Below, one piece after another: positions 1-14,321 of a stretch of DNA of 64,000 nucleotides. The notes beneath the pieces were generated by a model that searched no databases, was not told the origin of the DNA, and saw only the letters and a program-made list of their open reading frames with translations. The stretch's first letter is position 1; each line of letters starts with the position of its first letter. The translations under genes and the position numbers were made by a program. The stretch is from Eledone cirrhosa. Its lineage: Eukaryota. The stretch lies in the NCBI GenBank assembly GCA_964016885.1, contig OZ024740.1, forward strand, positions 1,364,001 through 1,428,000, in the 5' to 3' direction.

Positions 1-3000
1 TCAGAGTTTGTCATGAGCTGTACCACCTTGTAACTACTCAACACATGTTGTGTCAGAGTTTGTCATGAGCTGTACCACCTTGTAACTACCCAACATATGT
101 TGTGTCAGAGTTTGTCATCAGCTGTACCACCTTGTAACTACCCAACATATGTTGTGTCAGAGTTTGTCATCAGCTGTACCACCTTGTAACTACCCAACAC
201 ATGTTGTGTCAGAGTTTGTCATGAGCTGTACCACTTTGTAACTACCCAACACATGTTGTGTCAGAGTTTATCATGAGCTGTACCACCTTGTAACTACCCA
301 ACACATGTTGTGTCAGAGTTTGTCATGTGTTGTACCACCTTGTAACTACCCAACATATGGTGTGTCAGAGTTTGTCATGAGCTGTACCACCTTGTAACTA
401 CCCAACACATGTTGTGTCAGAGTTTGTCATGAGTTGTACCACCTTGTAACTACCCAACATATGTTGTGTCAGAGTTTGACATGAGTTGTACCACCTTGTA
501 ACTACCCAACATATGTTGTGTCAGAGTTTGTCATGAGCTGTACCACCTTGTAACTACCCAACACATGTTGTGTCAGAGGTTGTCATGAGCTGTACCACCT
601 TGTAACTACCCAACACATGTGTCAGAGTTTGTCATGAGTTGTACCACCTGTAACTGTCCTACACATGTTGTGTCAGAGTTTGTCATGAGCTGTACCACCT
701 TGTAACTACCCAACATATGTTGTGTCAGAGTTTGTCATGAGCTGTACCACATTGTAACTACCCAACACATGTTGTCTCAGCGTTTGTGATGAGCTGTACC
801 ACCTTGAAACTACCCAACATATGTTGTGTCAGAGTTTTTCATGAGCTGTACCACCTTGTAACTACCCAACACATGTTGTGTCAGAGTTTGTCATGAGCTG
901 TACCACCTTGTAACTACCCAACACATGTTGTGTCAGAGTTTGTCATGAGCTGTACCACCTTGTAACTGTCCAGCACATGTGTCAGAGTTTGTCATGAGTT
1001 GTACCACCTTGTAACTGTCCAACACATGTTGTGTCAGAGTTTGTCATGAGCTGTACCACCTTGTAACTACCCAAAATATGTTGTGTCAGAGTTTGTCACG
1101 AGCTGTACCACCTTGTAACTACCCAACACATGTTGTGTCAGAGTTTGACATGAGTTGTACCACCCTGTAACTACCCAACATATGTTGTGTCAGAGTTTGT
1201 CACGAGCTGTACCACCTTGTAACTGTCCAGCACATGTGACAGAGTTTGTCATGAGCTGTACCACCTTGTAACTACCCAACATATGTTGTGTCAGAGTTTG
1301 TCATGAGTTGTACCACCTTATAACTACCCAACACATGTTGTGTCAGAGTTTGTCATGAGCTGTACCACCTTGTAACTACCCAACACATGTTGTGTCAGAG
1401 TTTGTCATGAGCTGTACCACCTTGTAACTACCCAACACATGTGTCAGAGTTTGTCATGAGCTGTACCACCTTGTAACTACCCAACACATGTGTCAGAGTT
1501 TGTCATGAGTTGTACCACCTTGTAACTACCCAACATAAGTTGTGTCAGAGTTTGTCATGAGCTGTACCACCTTGTAACTACCCAACACATGTTGTGTCAG
1601 AGTTTGTCATGAGCTGTACCACCTTGTAACTACCCAACATATGTTGTGTCAGCGTTTGTCATGAGCTGTACCACCTTGTAACTACCCAACATATGTTGTG
1701 TCAGAGTTTGTCATGAGTTGTACCACCTTGTAACTATCCAACATATGTTGTGTCAGAGTTTATCATGAGATGTACCACCTTGTAACTGTCCAGCACATGT
1801 TGTGTCAGAGTTTGTCATGAGTTGTACCACCTTGTAACTACCCACCATATGTTGTGTCAGAGTTTGTCATGAGCTGTACCACCTTGTACCTACCCAACAC
1901 ATGTTGTGTCAGAGTTTGTCATGAGATGTACCACCTTGTACCTACCCAACACATGTTGTGTCAGAGTTTGTCATGAGTTGTACCACCTTGTAACTACCCA
2001 ACACATGTTGTGTCTGAGTTTGTCATGAGCTGTACCACCTTGTAACTACCCAACACATGTTGTACATGTTGTGTCAGAGTTTGTCATGAGCTGTACCACC
2101 TTGTAACTACCCAACATATGTTGTGTCAGAGTTTGTCATGAGCTGTACCACCTTGTAACTACCCAACACATGTTGTGTCAGAGTTTGTCATGAGTTGTAC
2201 CACCTTGTAACTACCCAACATATGTTGTGTCAGAGTTTCTCATGAGCTGTACCACCTTGTAACTACCCAACACATGTTGCACATGATGTGTCAGAGTTTG
2301 TATAAGCTGTACCACCTTGTAACTACCCAACATATTTTGTGTCAGAGTTTGTCATGAGATGTACCACCTTGTAACTGTCCAGCACATGTTGTGTCAGAGT
2401 TTGTCATGAGTTGTACCACCTTGAAACTACCCAACACATGTTGTGTCAGAGTTTGTCATGAGTTGTACCACCTGGTAACTACCCAACATAAGTTGTGTCA
2501 GAGTTTGTCATGAGTTGTACCACCTTGTAACTACCCAACATATGTTGTGTCAGAGGTTGTCATGAGCTGTACCACCTTGTAACTACCCAACACATGTGTC
2601 AGTGTTTGTCATGAGTTGTACCACCTTGTAACTACCCAACATATGTTGTGTCAGAGTTTGTCACGAGATGTACCACCTTGTAACTGTCCAGCACATGTTG
2701 TGTCAGAGTTTGTCATGAGTTGTACCACCTTGAAACTACCCAACACATGTTGTGTCAGAGTTTGTCATGAGCTGTACCACCTTGTAACTACCCAACACAT
2801 GTTGTGTCAGAGTTTGTCATGAGTCGTACCACCTTGTAACTACCCAACATATGTTGTGTCAGAGTTTGTCATGAGCTGTACCACCTTGTAACTACCCAAC
2901 ACATGTTGCACATGATGTGTCAGAGTTTGTCATGAGCTGTACCACCTTGTATCTACCCAACATATGTTGTGTCAGAGTTTGTCATGAGATGTACCACCTT

Positions 3001-6000
3001 GTAACTGTCCAGCACATGTTGTGTCAGAGTTTGTCATGAGTTGTACCACCCTGTAACTGTCCAGCACATGTTGTGTCAGAGTTTGTCATGAGTTGTAACT
3101 ACCTAACACATTTGTGTCAGAGTTTGTCATGAGTTGTACCACCTTGTTACTACCCAACACATGTTGTGTCAGAGTTTGTCATGAGCTGTACCACCTTGTA
3201 ACTACCCAACATATGTTGTGTCAGAGTTTGTCATGAGTTGTACCACCTTGTAACTACCCAACACATGTTGCACATGATGTGTCAGAGTTTGTCATGAGTT
3301 GTACCACCTTGTTACTACCCAACACATGATGTGTCAGAGTTTGTCATGAGCTGTACCACCTTGTAACTACCCAACACATCTGTGTCAGAGTTTGTCATGA
3401 GTTGTACAACCTTGTAACTGTCCAGCACATGTTGTGTCAGAGTTTGTCATGAGTTGTAACTACCTAACACATTTGTGTCAGAGTTTGTCATGAGTTGTAC
3501 CACCTTGTTACTACCCAACACATGTTGTGTGCGAGTTTGTCATGAGTTGTAACTACCTAACACATTTGTGTCAGAGTTTGTCATGAGTTGTACCACCTTG
3601 TTACTACCCAACACATGATGTCAGAGTTTGTCATGAGCTGTACCACCTTGTAACTACCCAACACATCTGTGTCAGAGTTTGTCATGAGCTGTACCACCTT
3701 GTAACTACCCAACACATTTGTGTCAGAGTTTGTCATGAGTTGTACCACCTTGTAACTACCCAACACATGTTGTGTCAGAGTTTGTCATGAGCGGTACCAC
3801 CTTGTAACTACCCAACACATGTTGTGTCAGAGTTTGTCATGAGTTGTACCACCTTGTAACTACCCAACACATGTTGTGTCAGAGTTTGTCATGAGCTGTA
3901 CCACCTTGTAACTACCCAACACATGTTGCACATGATGTGTCAGAGTTTGTCATGAGCTGTACCACCCTGTAACTACCCAACATATGTTGTGTCAGAGTTT
4001 GTCATGAGCTGTACCACCTTGTAACTACCCAACACATGTGTCGGAGTTTGTCATGAGTTGTACCACCTTGTAACTACCCAACATATGTTGTGTCAGAGTT
4101 TGTCATGAGATATACCACCTTGTAACTGTCCAGCACATGTTGTGTCAGAGTTTGTCATGAGTTGTACCACCTTGTAACTACCCAACACATGTTGTGTCAG
4201 AGTTTGTCATGAGCGGTACCACCTTGTAACTACCCAACACATGTTGTGTCAGAGTTTGTCATGAGCGGTACCACCTTGTAACTACCCAACACATGTTGTG
4301 TCAGAGTTTGTCATGAGTTGTACCACCTTGTAACTACCCAACACATGTTGTGTCAGAGTTTGTCATGAGCTGTACCACCTTGTAACTACCCAACACATGT
4401 TGCACATGATGTGTCAGAGTTTGTCATGAGCTGTACCACCCTGTAACTACCCAACATATGTTGTGTCAGAGTTTGTCATGAGCTGTACCACCTTGTAACT
4501 ACCCAACACATGTGTCGGAGTTTGTCATGAGTTGTACCACCTTGTAACTACCCAACATATGTTGTGTCAGAGTTTGTCATGAGATATACCACCTTGTAAC
4601 TGTCCAGCACATGTTGTGTCAGAGTTTGTCATGAGTTGTACCACGTTGAAACTACCCAATAGATGTGTCAGAGTTTGTCATGAGCTGTACCACCTTGTAA
4701 CTACCCAACACATGTTGTGTCAGAGTTTGTCATGAGTTGTACCACCTTGTAACTACCCAACATATGTTGTGTCAGAGTTTCTCATGAGCTGTACCACCTT
4801 GTAACTACCCAACACATGTTGCACATGATGTGTCAGAGTTTGTCATGAGCTGTACCACCTTGTAACTACCCAACATATGTTGTGTCAGAGTTTGTCATGA
4901 GATGTACCACCTTGTAACTGTCCAGCACATGTTGTGTCAGAGTTTGTCATGAGTTGTACCACCTTGAAACTACCCAACACATGTTGTGTCAGAGTTTGTC
5001 ATGAGCTGTACCACCTTGTAACTACCCAACACATGTTGTGTCAGAGTTTGTCATGAGTTGTACCACCTTGTAACTACCCAACATATGTTGTGTCAGAGTT
5101 TGTCATCAGCTGTACCACCTTGAAACTACCCAACACATGTTGTGTCAGAGTTTGTCATGAGTTGTACCACCTTGTAACTGTCCAGCACATGTGTCAGAGT
5201 TTGTCATGAGTTGTACCACCTTGTAACTACCCAACATAAGTTGTGTCAGAGTTTGTCATGAGTTGTACCACCTTGTAACTACCCAACACATGTTGTGTCT
5301 GAGTTTGTCATGAGCTGTACCACCTTGTAACTACCCAACACATGTTGCACATGTTGTGTCAGAGTTTGTCATGAGCTGTACCACCTTGTAACTACCCAAC
5401 ATATGTTGTGTCAAAGTTTGTCATGAGCTGTACCACCTTGTAACTACCCAACACATGTTGTGTCAGAGGTTGTCATGAGCTGTACCACCTTGTAACTACC
5501 CAACACGTGTTGTGTCAGAGTTTGTCATGATCTGTACCACCTTGTAACTATCCAACATATGTTGTGTCAGAGTTTGTCATGAGCTGTACCACCTTGTAAC
5601 TACCCAACACATGTTGCACATGATGTGTCAGAGTTTGTCATGAGCTGTACCACCTTGTAACTACCCAACACATGTTGCACATGATGTGTCAGAGTTTGTC
5701 AAGAGCTGTACCACCTTGTAACTACCCAACATATTTTGTGTCAGAGTTTGTCATGAGATGTACCACCTTGTAACTGTCCAGCACATGTTGTGTCAGAGTT
5801 TGTCATGAGTTGTACCACCTTGAAACTACCCAACACATGTTGTGTCAGAGTTTGTCATGAGCTGTACCACCTTGTAACTACCCAACACATGTTGTGTCAG
5901 AGTTTGTCATGAGTTGTACCACCTTGTAACTACCCAACATGTTGTGTCAGAGTTTGTCATCAGCTGTACCACCTTGTAACTACCCAACACATGTTGTGTC

Positions 6001-9000
6001 AGAGTTTGTCATGAGTTGTACCACCTTGTAACTGTCCAGCACATGTGTCAGAGTTTGTCATGAGTTGTACCACCTGGTAACTACCCAACATAAGTTGTGT
6101 CAGAGTTTGTCATGAGTTGTACCACCTTGTAACTACCCAACACATGTTGTGTCTGAGTTTGTCATGAGCTGTACCACCTTGTAACTACCCAACATATGTT
6201 GTGTCAGAGTTTGTCATGAGCTGTACCACCTTGTAACTACCCAACACATGTTGGGTCAGAGGTTGTCATGAGCTGTACCACCTTGTAACTACCCAACACA
6301 TGTTGTGTCTTAGTTTGTCATGAGCTGTACCACCTTGTAACTACCCAACACATGTTGTCTCAGCGTTTGTGATGAGCTGTACCACCTTGAAACTACCCAA
6401 CATATGTTGTGTCAGAGTTTGTCATGAGCTGTACCACCTTGTAACTACCCAACACATGTTGTGTCAGAGTTTGTCATGAGTTGTACCACTTTGTAACTGT
6501 CCAGCAAATGTGTCAAAGTTTGTCATGAGTTGTACCACCTTGTAACTGTGCAACACATGTTGTGTCAGAGTTTGTCATGATCTGTACCACCTTGTAACTA
6601 CCCAACATATGTTGTGTCAGAGTTTTTCATGAGCTGTACCACCTTGTAACTACCCAACATATGTTGTGTCAGAGTTTGTCATGAGTTGTACCACCTTGTA
6701 ACTACCCAGCACATGTTGTGTCAGAGTTTGTCATGAGTGGTACCACCTTGTAACTGTCCAACACATGTTGTGTCAGAGTTTGTCATGAGCTGTACCACCT
6801 TGTAACTGTCCAACACATGTTGTGTCAGAGTTTGTCATGAGCTGTACCACCTTGTAACTACCCAACACATGTTGTGTCAGAGTTTGTCATGAGTTGTACC
6901 ACCTTGTAACTACCCAACATATGTTGTGTCAGAGTTTGTCATGAGCTGTACCACCTTGTAACTACCCAACACATGTTGTGTCAGAGGTTGTCATGAGCTG
7001 TACCACATTGTAACTACCAAACACATGTTGTGTCAGAGTTTGTCATGAGCTGTACCACCTTGTAACTACCCAACATATGTTGTGTCTGAGTTTGTCATGA
7101 GCTGTACCACCTTGTAACTACCCAACACATGTTGTCTCAGCGTTTGTGATGAGCTGTACCACCTTGAAACTACCCACCATATGTTGTGTCAGAGTTTGTC
7201 ATGAGCTGTACCACCTTGTAACTACCCAACACCTGTTGTGTCAGAGTTTGTCATGAGTTGTACCACTTTGTAACTGTCCAGCACATGTGTCAAAGTTTGT
7301 CATGAGTTGTACCACCTTGTAACTGTGCAACACATGTTGTGTCAGAGTTTGTCATGATCTGTACCACCTTGTAACTACCCAACACATGTTGTCTCAGCGT
7401 TTGTGATGAGCTGTACCACCTTGAAACTACCCAACATATGTGGTGTCAGAGTTTGTCATGAGTTGTACCACCTTGTAACTACCCAGCACATGTTGTGTCA
7501 GAGTTTGTCATGAGTTGTACCACCTTGTAACTGTCCAACACATGTTCTGTCAGAGTTTGTCATGAGCTGTACCACCTTGTAACTGCCCAACACATGTTGT
7601 GTCAGAGTTTGTCATGAGCTGTACCACCTTGTAACTACCCAACATATGTTGTGTCAGAGTTTGTCATGAGTTGTACCACCTTGTAACTACCCAACATATG
7701 TTGTGTCAGAGTTTGTCATGAGTTGTACCACCTTGTAACTACCCAACACATGTTGTGTCAGAGTTTGTCATGAGCGGTACCACCTTGTAACTACCCAACA
7801 TATGTTGTGTCAGAGTTTGTCATGAGTTGTACCACCTTGTAACTACCCAACACATGTTGTGTCAGAGTTTGTCATGAGCTGTACCACCTTGTAACTACCC
7901 AACACATGTAGCACATGATGTGTCAGAGTTTGTCATGAGCTGTACCACCCTGTAACTACCCAACATATGTTGTGTCAGAGTTTGTCATGAGCTGTACCAC
8001 CTTGTAACTACCCAACACATGTGTCGGAGTTTGTCATGAGTTGTACCACCTTGTAACTACCCAACATATGTTGTGTCAGAGTTTGTCATGAGATGTACCA
8101 CCTTGTAACTGTCCAGCACATGTTGTGTCAGAGTTTGTCATGAGTTGTACCACGTTGAAACTACCCAAACGATGTTGTGTCAGAGTTTGTCATGAGCTGT
8201 ACCACCTTGTAACTACCCAACACATGTTGTGTCAGAGTTTGTCATGAGTTGTACCACCTTGTAACTACCCAACATATGTTGTGTCAGAGTTTGTCATGAG
8301 CTGTACCACCTCGTAACTACCCAACACATGTTGCACATGATGTGTCAGAGTTTGTCATGAGCTGTACCACCTTGTAACTACCCAACATATGTTGTGTCAG
8401 AGTTTGTCATGAGATGTACCACCTTGTAACTGTCCAGCACATGTTGTGTCAGAGTTTGTCATGAGTTGTACCACCTTGAAACTACCCAACACGTGTTGTG
8501 TCAGAGTTTGTCATGAGCTGTACCACCTTGTAACTACCCAACACATGTTGTGTCAGAGTTTGTCATGAGTTGTACCACCTTGTAACTACCCAACATATGT
8601 TGTGTCAGAGTTTGTCATCTGCTGTACCACCTTGTAACTACCCAACACATGTTGTGTCAGAGTTTGTCATGAGTTGTACCACCTTGTAACTGTCCAGCAC
8701 ATGTGTCAGAGTTTGTCATGAGTTGTACCACCTTGTAACTACCCAACATAAGTTGTGTCAGAGTTTGTCATGAGTTGTACCACCTTGTAACTACCCAACA
8801 TAAGTTGTGTCAGAGTTTGTCATGAGTTGTACCACCTTGTAACTACCCAACACATGTTGTGTCTGAGTTTGTCATGAGCTGTACCACCTTGTAACTACCC
8901 AACACATGTTGCACATGTTGTGTCATAGTTTGTCATGAGCTGTACCACCTTGTAACTACCCAACATATGTTGTGTCAGAGTTTGTCATGAGCTGTACCAC

Positions 9001-12000
9001 CTTGTAACTACCCAACACATGTTGTGTCAGAGGTTGTCATGAGCTGTACCACCTTGTAACTACCCAACACATGTTGTGTCAGAGTTTGTCATGAGCTGTA
9101 CCACCTTGTAACTACCCAACATATGTTGTGTCAGAGTTTGTCATGAGCTGTACCACCTTGTAACTACCCAACACATGTTGTATCAGAGTTTGTCATGAGT
9201 TGTACCACCTTGTTACTACCCAATATATGTTGTGCCAGAGTTTGTCATGAGCTGTACCACCTTGTAACTACCCAACACATGTTGCACATGATGTGTCAGA
9301 GTTTGTCAAGAGCTGTACCACCTTGTAACTACCCAACATATTTTGTGTCAGAGTTTGTCATGAGATGTACCACCTTGTAACTGTCCAGCACATGTTGTGT
9401 CAGAGTTTGTCATGAGTTGTACCACCTTGAAACTACCCAACACATGTTGTGTCAGAGTTTGTCATGAGCTGTACCACCTTGTAACTACCCAACACATGTT
9501 GTGTCAGAGTTTGTCATGAGTTGTACCACCTTGTAACTACCCAACATGTTGTGTCAGAGTTTGTCATCAGCTGTACCACCTTGTAACTACCTAACACATG
9601 TTGTGTCAGAGTTTGTTATGAGTTGTACCACCTTGTAACTGTCCAGCACATGTGTCAGAGTTTGTCATGAGTTGTACCACCTGGTAACTACCCAACATAA
9701 GTTGTGTCAGAGTTTGTCATGAGTTGTACCACCTTGTAACTACCCAACACATGTTGTGTCTGAGTTTGTCATGAGCTGTACCACCTTGTAACTACCCAAC
9801 ATATGTTGTGTCAGAGTTTGTCATGAGCTGTACCACCTTGTAACTACCCAACACATGTTGTATCAGAGGTTGTCATGAGCTGTACCACCTTGTAACTACC
9901 CAACACATGTTGTGTCAGAGTTTGTCATGAGCTGTACCACCTTGTAACTACCCAACATATGTTGTGTCTTAGTTTGTGATGAGCTGTACCACCTTGTAAC
10001 TACCCAACACATGTTGTCTCAGCGTTTGTGATGAGCTGTACCACCTTGAAACTACCCAACATATGTTGTGTCAGAGTTTGTCATGAGCTGTACCACCTTG
10101 TAACTACCCAACACATGTTGTGTCAGAGTTTGTCATGAGTTGTACCACTTTGTAACTGTCCAGCACATGTGTCAAAGTTTGTCATGAGTTGTACCACCTT
10201 GTAACTGTCCAACACATGTTGTGTCAGAGTTTGTCATGAGCTGTACCACCTTGTAACTACCCAACATATGTTGTGTCAGAGTTTTTCATGAGCTGTACCA
10301 CCTTGTAACTACCCAACATATGTTGTGTCAGAGTTTGTCATGAGTTGTACCACCTTGTAACTACCCAGCACATGTTGTGTCAGAGTTTGTCATGAGTGGT
10401 ACCACCTTGTAACTGTCCAACACATGTTGTGTCAGAGTTTGTCATGAGCTGTACCACCTTGTAACTGTCCAACACATGTTGTGTCAGAGTTTGTCATGAG
10501 CTGTACCACCTTGTAACTACCCAACATATGTTGTGTCAGAGTTTGTCATGAGTTGTACCACCTTGTAACTACCCAACACATGTGTCAGAGTTTGTCATGA
10601 GTTGTACCACCTTGTAACTGTCCAACACATGTTGTGTCAGAGTTTGTCATGAGCTGTACCACCTTGTAACTACCCAACATATGTTGTGTCAGAGTTTGTC
10701 ATGAGTTGTACCACCTTGTAACTACCCAACATATGTTGTGTCAGAGTTTGTCATGAACTGTACCACCTTGTAACTACCCAACATATGTTGTGTCAGAGTT
10801 TGTCATGAGTTGTACCACCTTGTAACTACCCAACATGTTGTGTCAGAGTTTGTCATGAGTTGTACCACCTTGTAACTACCCAACACATGTTGTGTCAGAG
10901 TTTGTCATGAGCTGTACCACCTTGTAACTACCCAACATATGTTGTGTCAGAGTTTGTCATGAGCTATACCACCTTGTTACTACCCAACACATGTTGTGTC
11001 AGAGTTTGTCATGAGCTGTACCACCTTGTAACTACCCAACATATGTTGTGTCAGAGTTTTTCATGAGCTGTACCACCTTGTAACTACCCAACATATGTTG
11101 TGTCAGAGTTTGTCATGAGTTGTACCACCTTGTAACTACCCAGCACATGTTGTGTCAGAGTTTGTCATGAGTGGTACCACCTTGTAACTGTCCAACACAT
11201 GTTGTGTCAGAGTTTGTCATGAGCTGTACCACCTTGTAACTGTCCAACACATGTTGTGTCAGAGTTTGTCATGAGCTGTACCACCTTGTAACTACCCAAC
11301 ATATGTTGTGTCAGAGTTTGTCATGAGTTGTACCACCTTGTAACTACCCAACACATGTTGTGTCAGAGTTTGTCATGAGTTGTACCACCTTGTAACTGTC
11401 CAACACATGTTGTGTCAGAGTTTGTCATGAGCTGTACCACCTTGTAACTACCCAACATATGTTGTGTCAGAGTTTGTCATGAGTTGTACCACCTTGTAAC
11501 TACCCAACATATGTTGTGTCAGAGTTTGTCATGAACTGTACCACCTTGTAACTACCCAACATATGTTGTGTCAGAGTTTGTCATGAGTTGTACCACCTTG
11601 TAACTACCCAACATGTTGTGTCAGAGTTTGTCATGAGTTGTACCACCTTGTAACTACCCAACACATGTTGTGTCAGAGTTTGTCATGAGCTGTACCACCT
11701 TGTAACTACCCAACATATGTTGTGTCAGAGTTTGTCATGAGCTATACCACCTTGTTACTACCCAACACATGTTGTGTCAGAGTTTGTCATGAGCTGTACC
11801 ACCTTGTAACTACCCAACACATGTTGTGTCAGAGTTTGTCATGAGTTGTACCACTTTGTAATTGTCCAGCACATGTGTCAAAGTTTGTCATGAGTTGTAC
11901 CACCTTGTAACTGTCCAACACATGTTGTGTCAGAGTTTGTCATGAGCTGTACCACCTTGTAACTACCCAACATATGTTGTGTCAGAGTTTGTCATGAGCT

Positions 12001-12339
12001 GTACCACCGTGTAACTACCCAACACATGTTGTGTCAGAGTTTGTCATGAGGTGTACCACCTTGTAACTACCCAACACATGTTGTGTCAGAGTTTGTCATG
12101 AGCTGTACCACCTTGTAACTACCCAACATATGTTGTGTCAGAGTTTGTCATGAGTTGTACCACCTTGTAACTACCCAACACATGTTGTGTCAGAGTTTGT
12201 CATGAGCTGTACCACCTTGTAACTACCCAACACATGTTGTGTCAGAGTTTGTCATGAGCTGTACCACCTTGTAACTACCCAACACATGTTGTGTCAGAGT
12301 TTGTCATGAGCTGTACCACCTTGTAACTACCCAACACAT
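1..12339. repeat. Tandem satellite array, 52-bp monomer (about 237 copies in window; continues off the left edge)
   Basis: Consensus TCAGAGTTTGTCATGAGYTGTACCACCTTGTAACTACCCAACAYATGTTGTG recurs every 52 nt with point and indel variants; ends abruptly at ...CCCAACACAT 12339. Confidence 0.98.
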
Positions 12340-12344
12340 CAGGC

Positions 12345-12405
12345 GTTTATTTCTCTTTATTTCATCTTTTTTTCACCTTTATTTTCTTTTCATCTCTTCT
12401 CTCAG
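12345..12405 (+). promoter_or_regulatory. Polypyrimidine tract and 3' splice acceptor of the first coding exon
   Basis: About 60 nt T/C-rich tract ending CTCAG (AG 12404-12405; alternative TTTTAG at 12410-12411), 37 nt upstream of the ATG at 12443. Confidence 0.7.
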
Positions 12406-12442
12406 TTTTAGTGAGGTTCTTCTTTCCAAATCTAACCCAAAG

Positions 12443-12611
12443 ATGAGTGACATCAGCAACGACAGTGATTCTCAAGATGACGATACTTATAGAATTACAT
12501 CAAATAATGAAAAACTGTTACAGGCCTCCCGTAATGGAGATATTGATTCCGTGAAACTATTGATTGAGGAATTGAATAAAGGTAAAATTGAGCTGGATCT
12601 TAATTGCAAAG
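12443..12611 (+). CDS. OSBPL1A: OSBPL1A/ORP1L-like oxysterol-binding protein-related protein, coding exon 1 (ankyrin repeat region)
   Basis: MSDISND...EKLLQASRNGDIDSVKLLIEELNKGKIELDLNCK+G, then donor G|GTAAGT (phase 1). Resembles the vertebrate ORP1L N-terminus as recalled (QLLHHARNG...DINCKG). Confidence 0.85.
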
Positions 12612-12689
12612 GTAAGTACTACTAGTGAAGGGCAGGATAAAACCTACACCATGTCTCTATATTGAGGGCTTTTAGTATTATTATTATTA

Positions 12690-12815
12690 TGGCAGTGGAT
12701 TGGATTGGCAAAATCGGTAGAGGGTCGGATAACATGCTTAGTGGCATAGACTTATGACCCTTTATGTTCTGAGTTCAAATCCCACCAAGGTTAACTTTGC
12801 CTTTCATCCTTGTGG
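12690..12815 (+). mobile_element. tRNA-derived SINE (5' part)
   Basis: Box A-like TGGCAAAATCGGTAGA, box B GAGTTCAAATCCC, then the core GGTTAACTTTGCCTTTCATCCTT shared with other copies in the window. Confidence 0.7.
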
Positions 12816-12817
12816 AT

Positions 12818-12881
12818 ACACACACGCATGCACGCACGCACGCACGCACACACACACGCACACGCACACGCACACACACAC
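12818..12881. repeat. (CA)n/(CACG)n microsatellite
   Basis: Directly visible. Confidence 0.9.
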
Positions 12882-13335
12882 AGAGATTGGTTCACTGGAA
12901 GCTCTGTCATAGGTATAACGTGAGCAGAAGTGAGAAATTGTGTGAACATCAGCCAGAAGGATTGCTGGAAATGAACAGTATAAGATCTTGTTCATATGAC
13001 GGTCCAGTGCGGCCATTTTATCATAGCTAGAAAGCCTGACATTGTTGTTGTAGAAAAGAAGAATAACAAGGTATCTATTGTAGATATTGCTTCACCATGG
13101 AACCACAGGATGGATGAGAAAGTTGAGAAATACCAGGAACTGAAGAGGGAAATCAGGAAACTATGAAGAATCAGACACATAGAAGTGGTATCGATTGTAG
13201 TTGGCACATTAGTAGTTAGTTAAAGGTTAGACACGTAGAAATGGTACCAGTTGTGGTTGGCAGACAACAGGATTGTTGCAGAAAACAGCCTTGCTGGGAA
13301 CAGCAAGGCTTCCAAGGAGGGTGTTAGAAAGTTGA
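12882..13335 (+). mobile_element. 5'-truncated, degenerate non-LTR retrotransposon with restriction-like (PD-D/ExK) endonuclease, R4/Dong-like
   Basis: Translation across frameshifts and stops: RLVHWKLCHRY...EHQPE, RKPDIVVVEKKNNKVSIVDIASP, EKVEKYQELKREI, VVSIVVG, LQKTALLGTAR..RRVL, which is the typical RLE C-terminus. Confidence 0.8.
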
Positions 13336-13364
13336 AGGAGAAGGAATGATTCAAAGGACCTTTG

Positions 13365-13497
13365 ACCATTTATTTTATCGACCCCATAAGGATGAAAAGC
13401 AAAGTTAACCTCAGCGGATTTGAACTCAGAATGTAAGGGACCATAACTCAATGCTGTAAAGTTTGGCGCCTGATACTCTACTGATACTGCTAAACTA
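13365..13497 (-). mobile_element. tRNA-derived SINE (same family as 12690-12815)
   Basis: + strand reads TTTTATCGACCCC..AGGATGAAAAGCAAAGTTAACCTC..GGATTTGAACTCAGA, the reverse complement of box B plus core. Confidence 0.7.
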
Positions 13498-13544
13498 ATA
13501 ACAATAATAATAGTTATAATGATAATAACAACAACATATACCCA

Positions 13545-13686
13545 GTCCACCATGGTTGATGGTCATGTTTGTGCCACAATAAAAAGCACCCAGTTCCTTT
13601 AGGAAGGGTATCTGACAGTAGAAACCAAGCCAAAATACAGATCCATATGAGTAAACATAGAAAATGGATATTAAACAATGATGACA
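13545..13686 (+). mobile_element. Degenerate 3'-end fragment of the RTE family (or RTE-tailed SINE)
   Basis: AAAAAGCACCCAG..TTAGGAAGGGTATC..GTAGAAACCAAGCCA..ATGGATATTAAACAATGATGA parallels the RTE 3' UTR at 22950-23146. Confidence 0.55.
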
Positions 13687-13838
13687 ATATACATACATAC
13701 ATATATATACACACACATATATACTGTATATACACATATATATATATTGTCATCATTTTACATCCAATATACACACAGACACACAAATAGACAGATACAT
13801 ACATATTTATATATACAAATACATATATACATACAGAT

Positions 13839-14315
13839 ATCATCATTACCGTTTAACATCTATTTTTTCATGTTGGCATGGGTTAGATAAGTTGTCCTGT
13901 TTGAGCAATGTCAGGTCAGGTGACCTTGTCTTGCTCCTACAGAACTGATTCTGGCTTGGTTTCTACAGCTGGATGCCCTTCCTAGCGCCAACCTCATTTA
14001 CGGTGAGTACTGGGTGCTTTTTATCGTGGCACCTGAACAATATATATATATATCATCATCATCATCGTTTAACGTCCATCTTCCACGCTAGCATGGGTTA
14101 GACGGGTTTGTCCCACTTCAGCCAAGATTGGTCGGATGACCGTGTATCGCTCGTATAGAACTGTTTCTGGCTGGTTTTCTATGGCTGGATGCCCTTCCTA
14201 ATGCCAACCACATTTACAATGTGGACTGGGAGCTTTTTTAATGTATCTTCTTCACAACCACTCTACAGTGTGGACTGGGTGATTTTTGTCATGACACCTA
14301 CACAACCACTTTACA
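13839..14315 (-). mobile_element. Two adjacent short RTE 3'-end copies (about 13839-14035 and 14052-14315)
   Basis: Each starts on + with (TA)n-(TCA)n-CGTTTAAC(G/A)TC and contains GCTGGATGCCCTTCCTA, the reverse complement of the RTE 3' UTR and its (TGA)n tail. Confidence 0.8.
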
Positions 14316-14321
14316 ATATAT

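Noticed and set aside
2616-9380. Short ORFs in the 52-bp satellite
   Set aside because: Chance stop-free runs; the monomer length is not a multiple of 3 and the peptides only echo the repeat.
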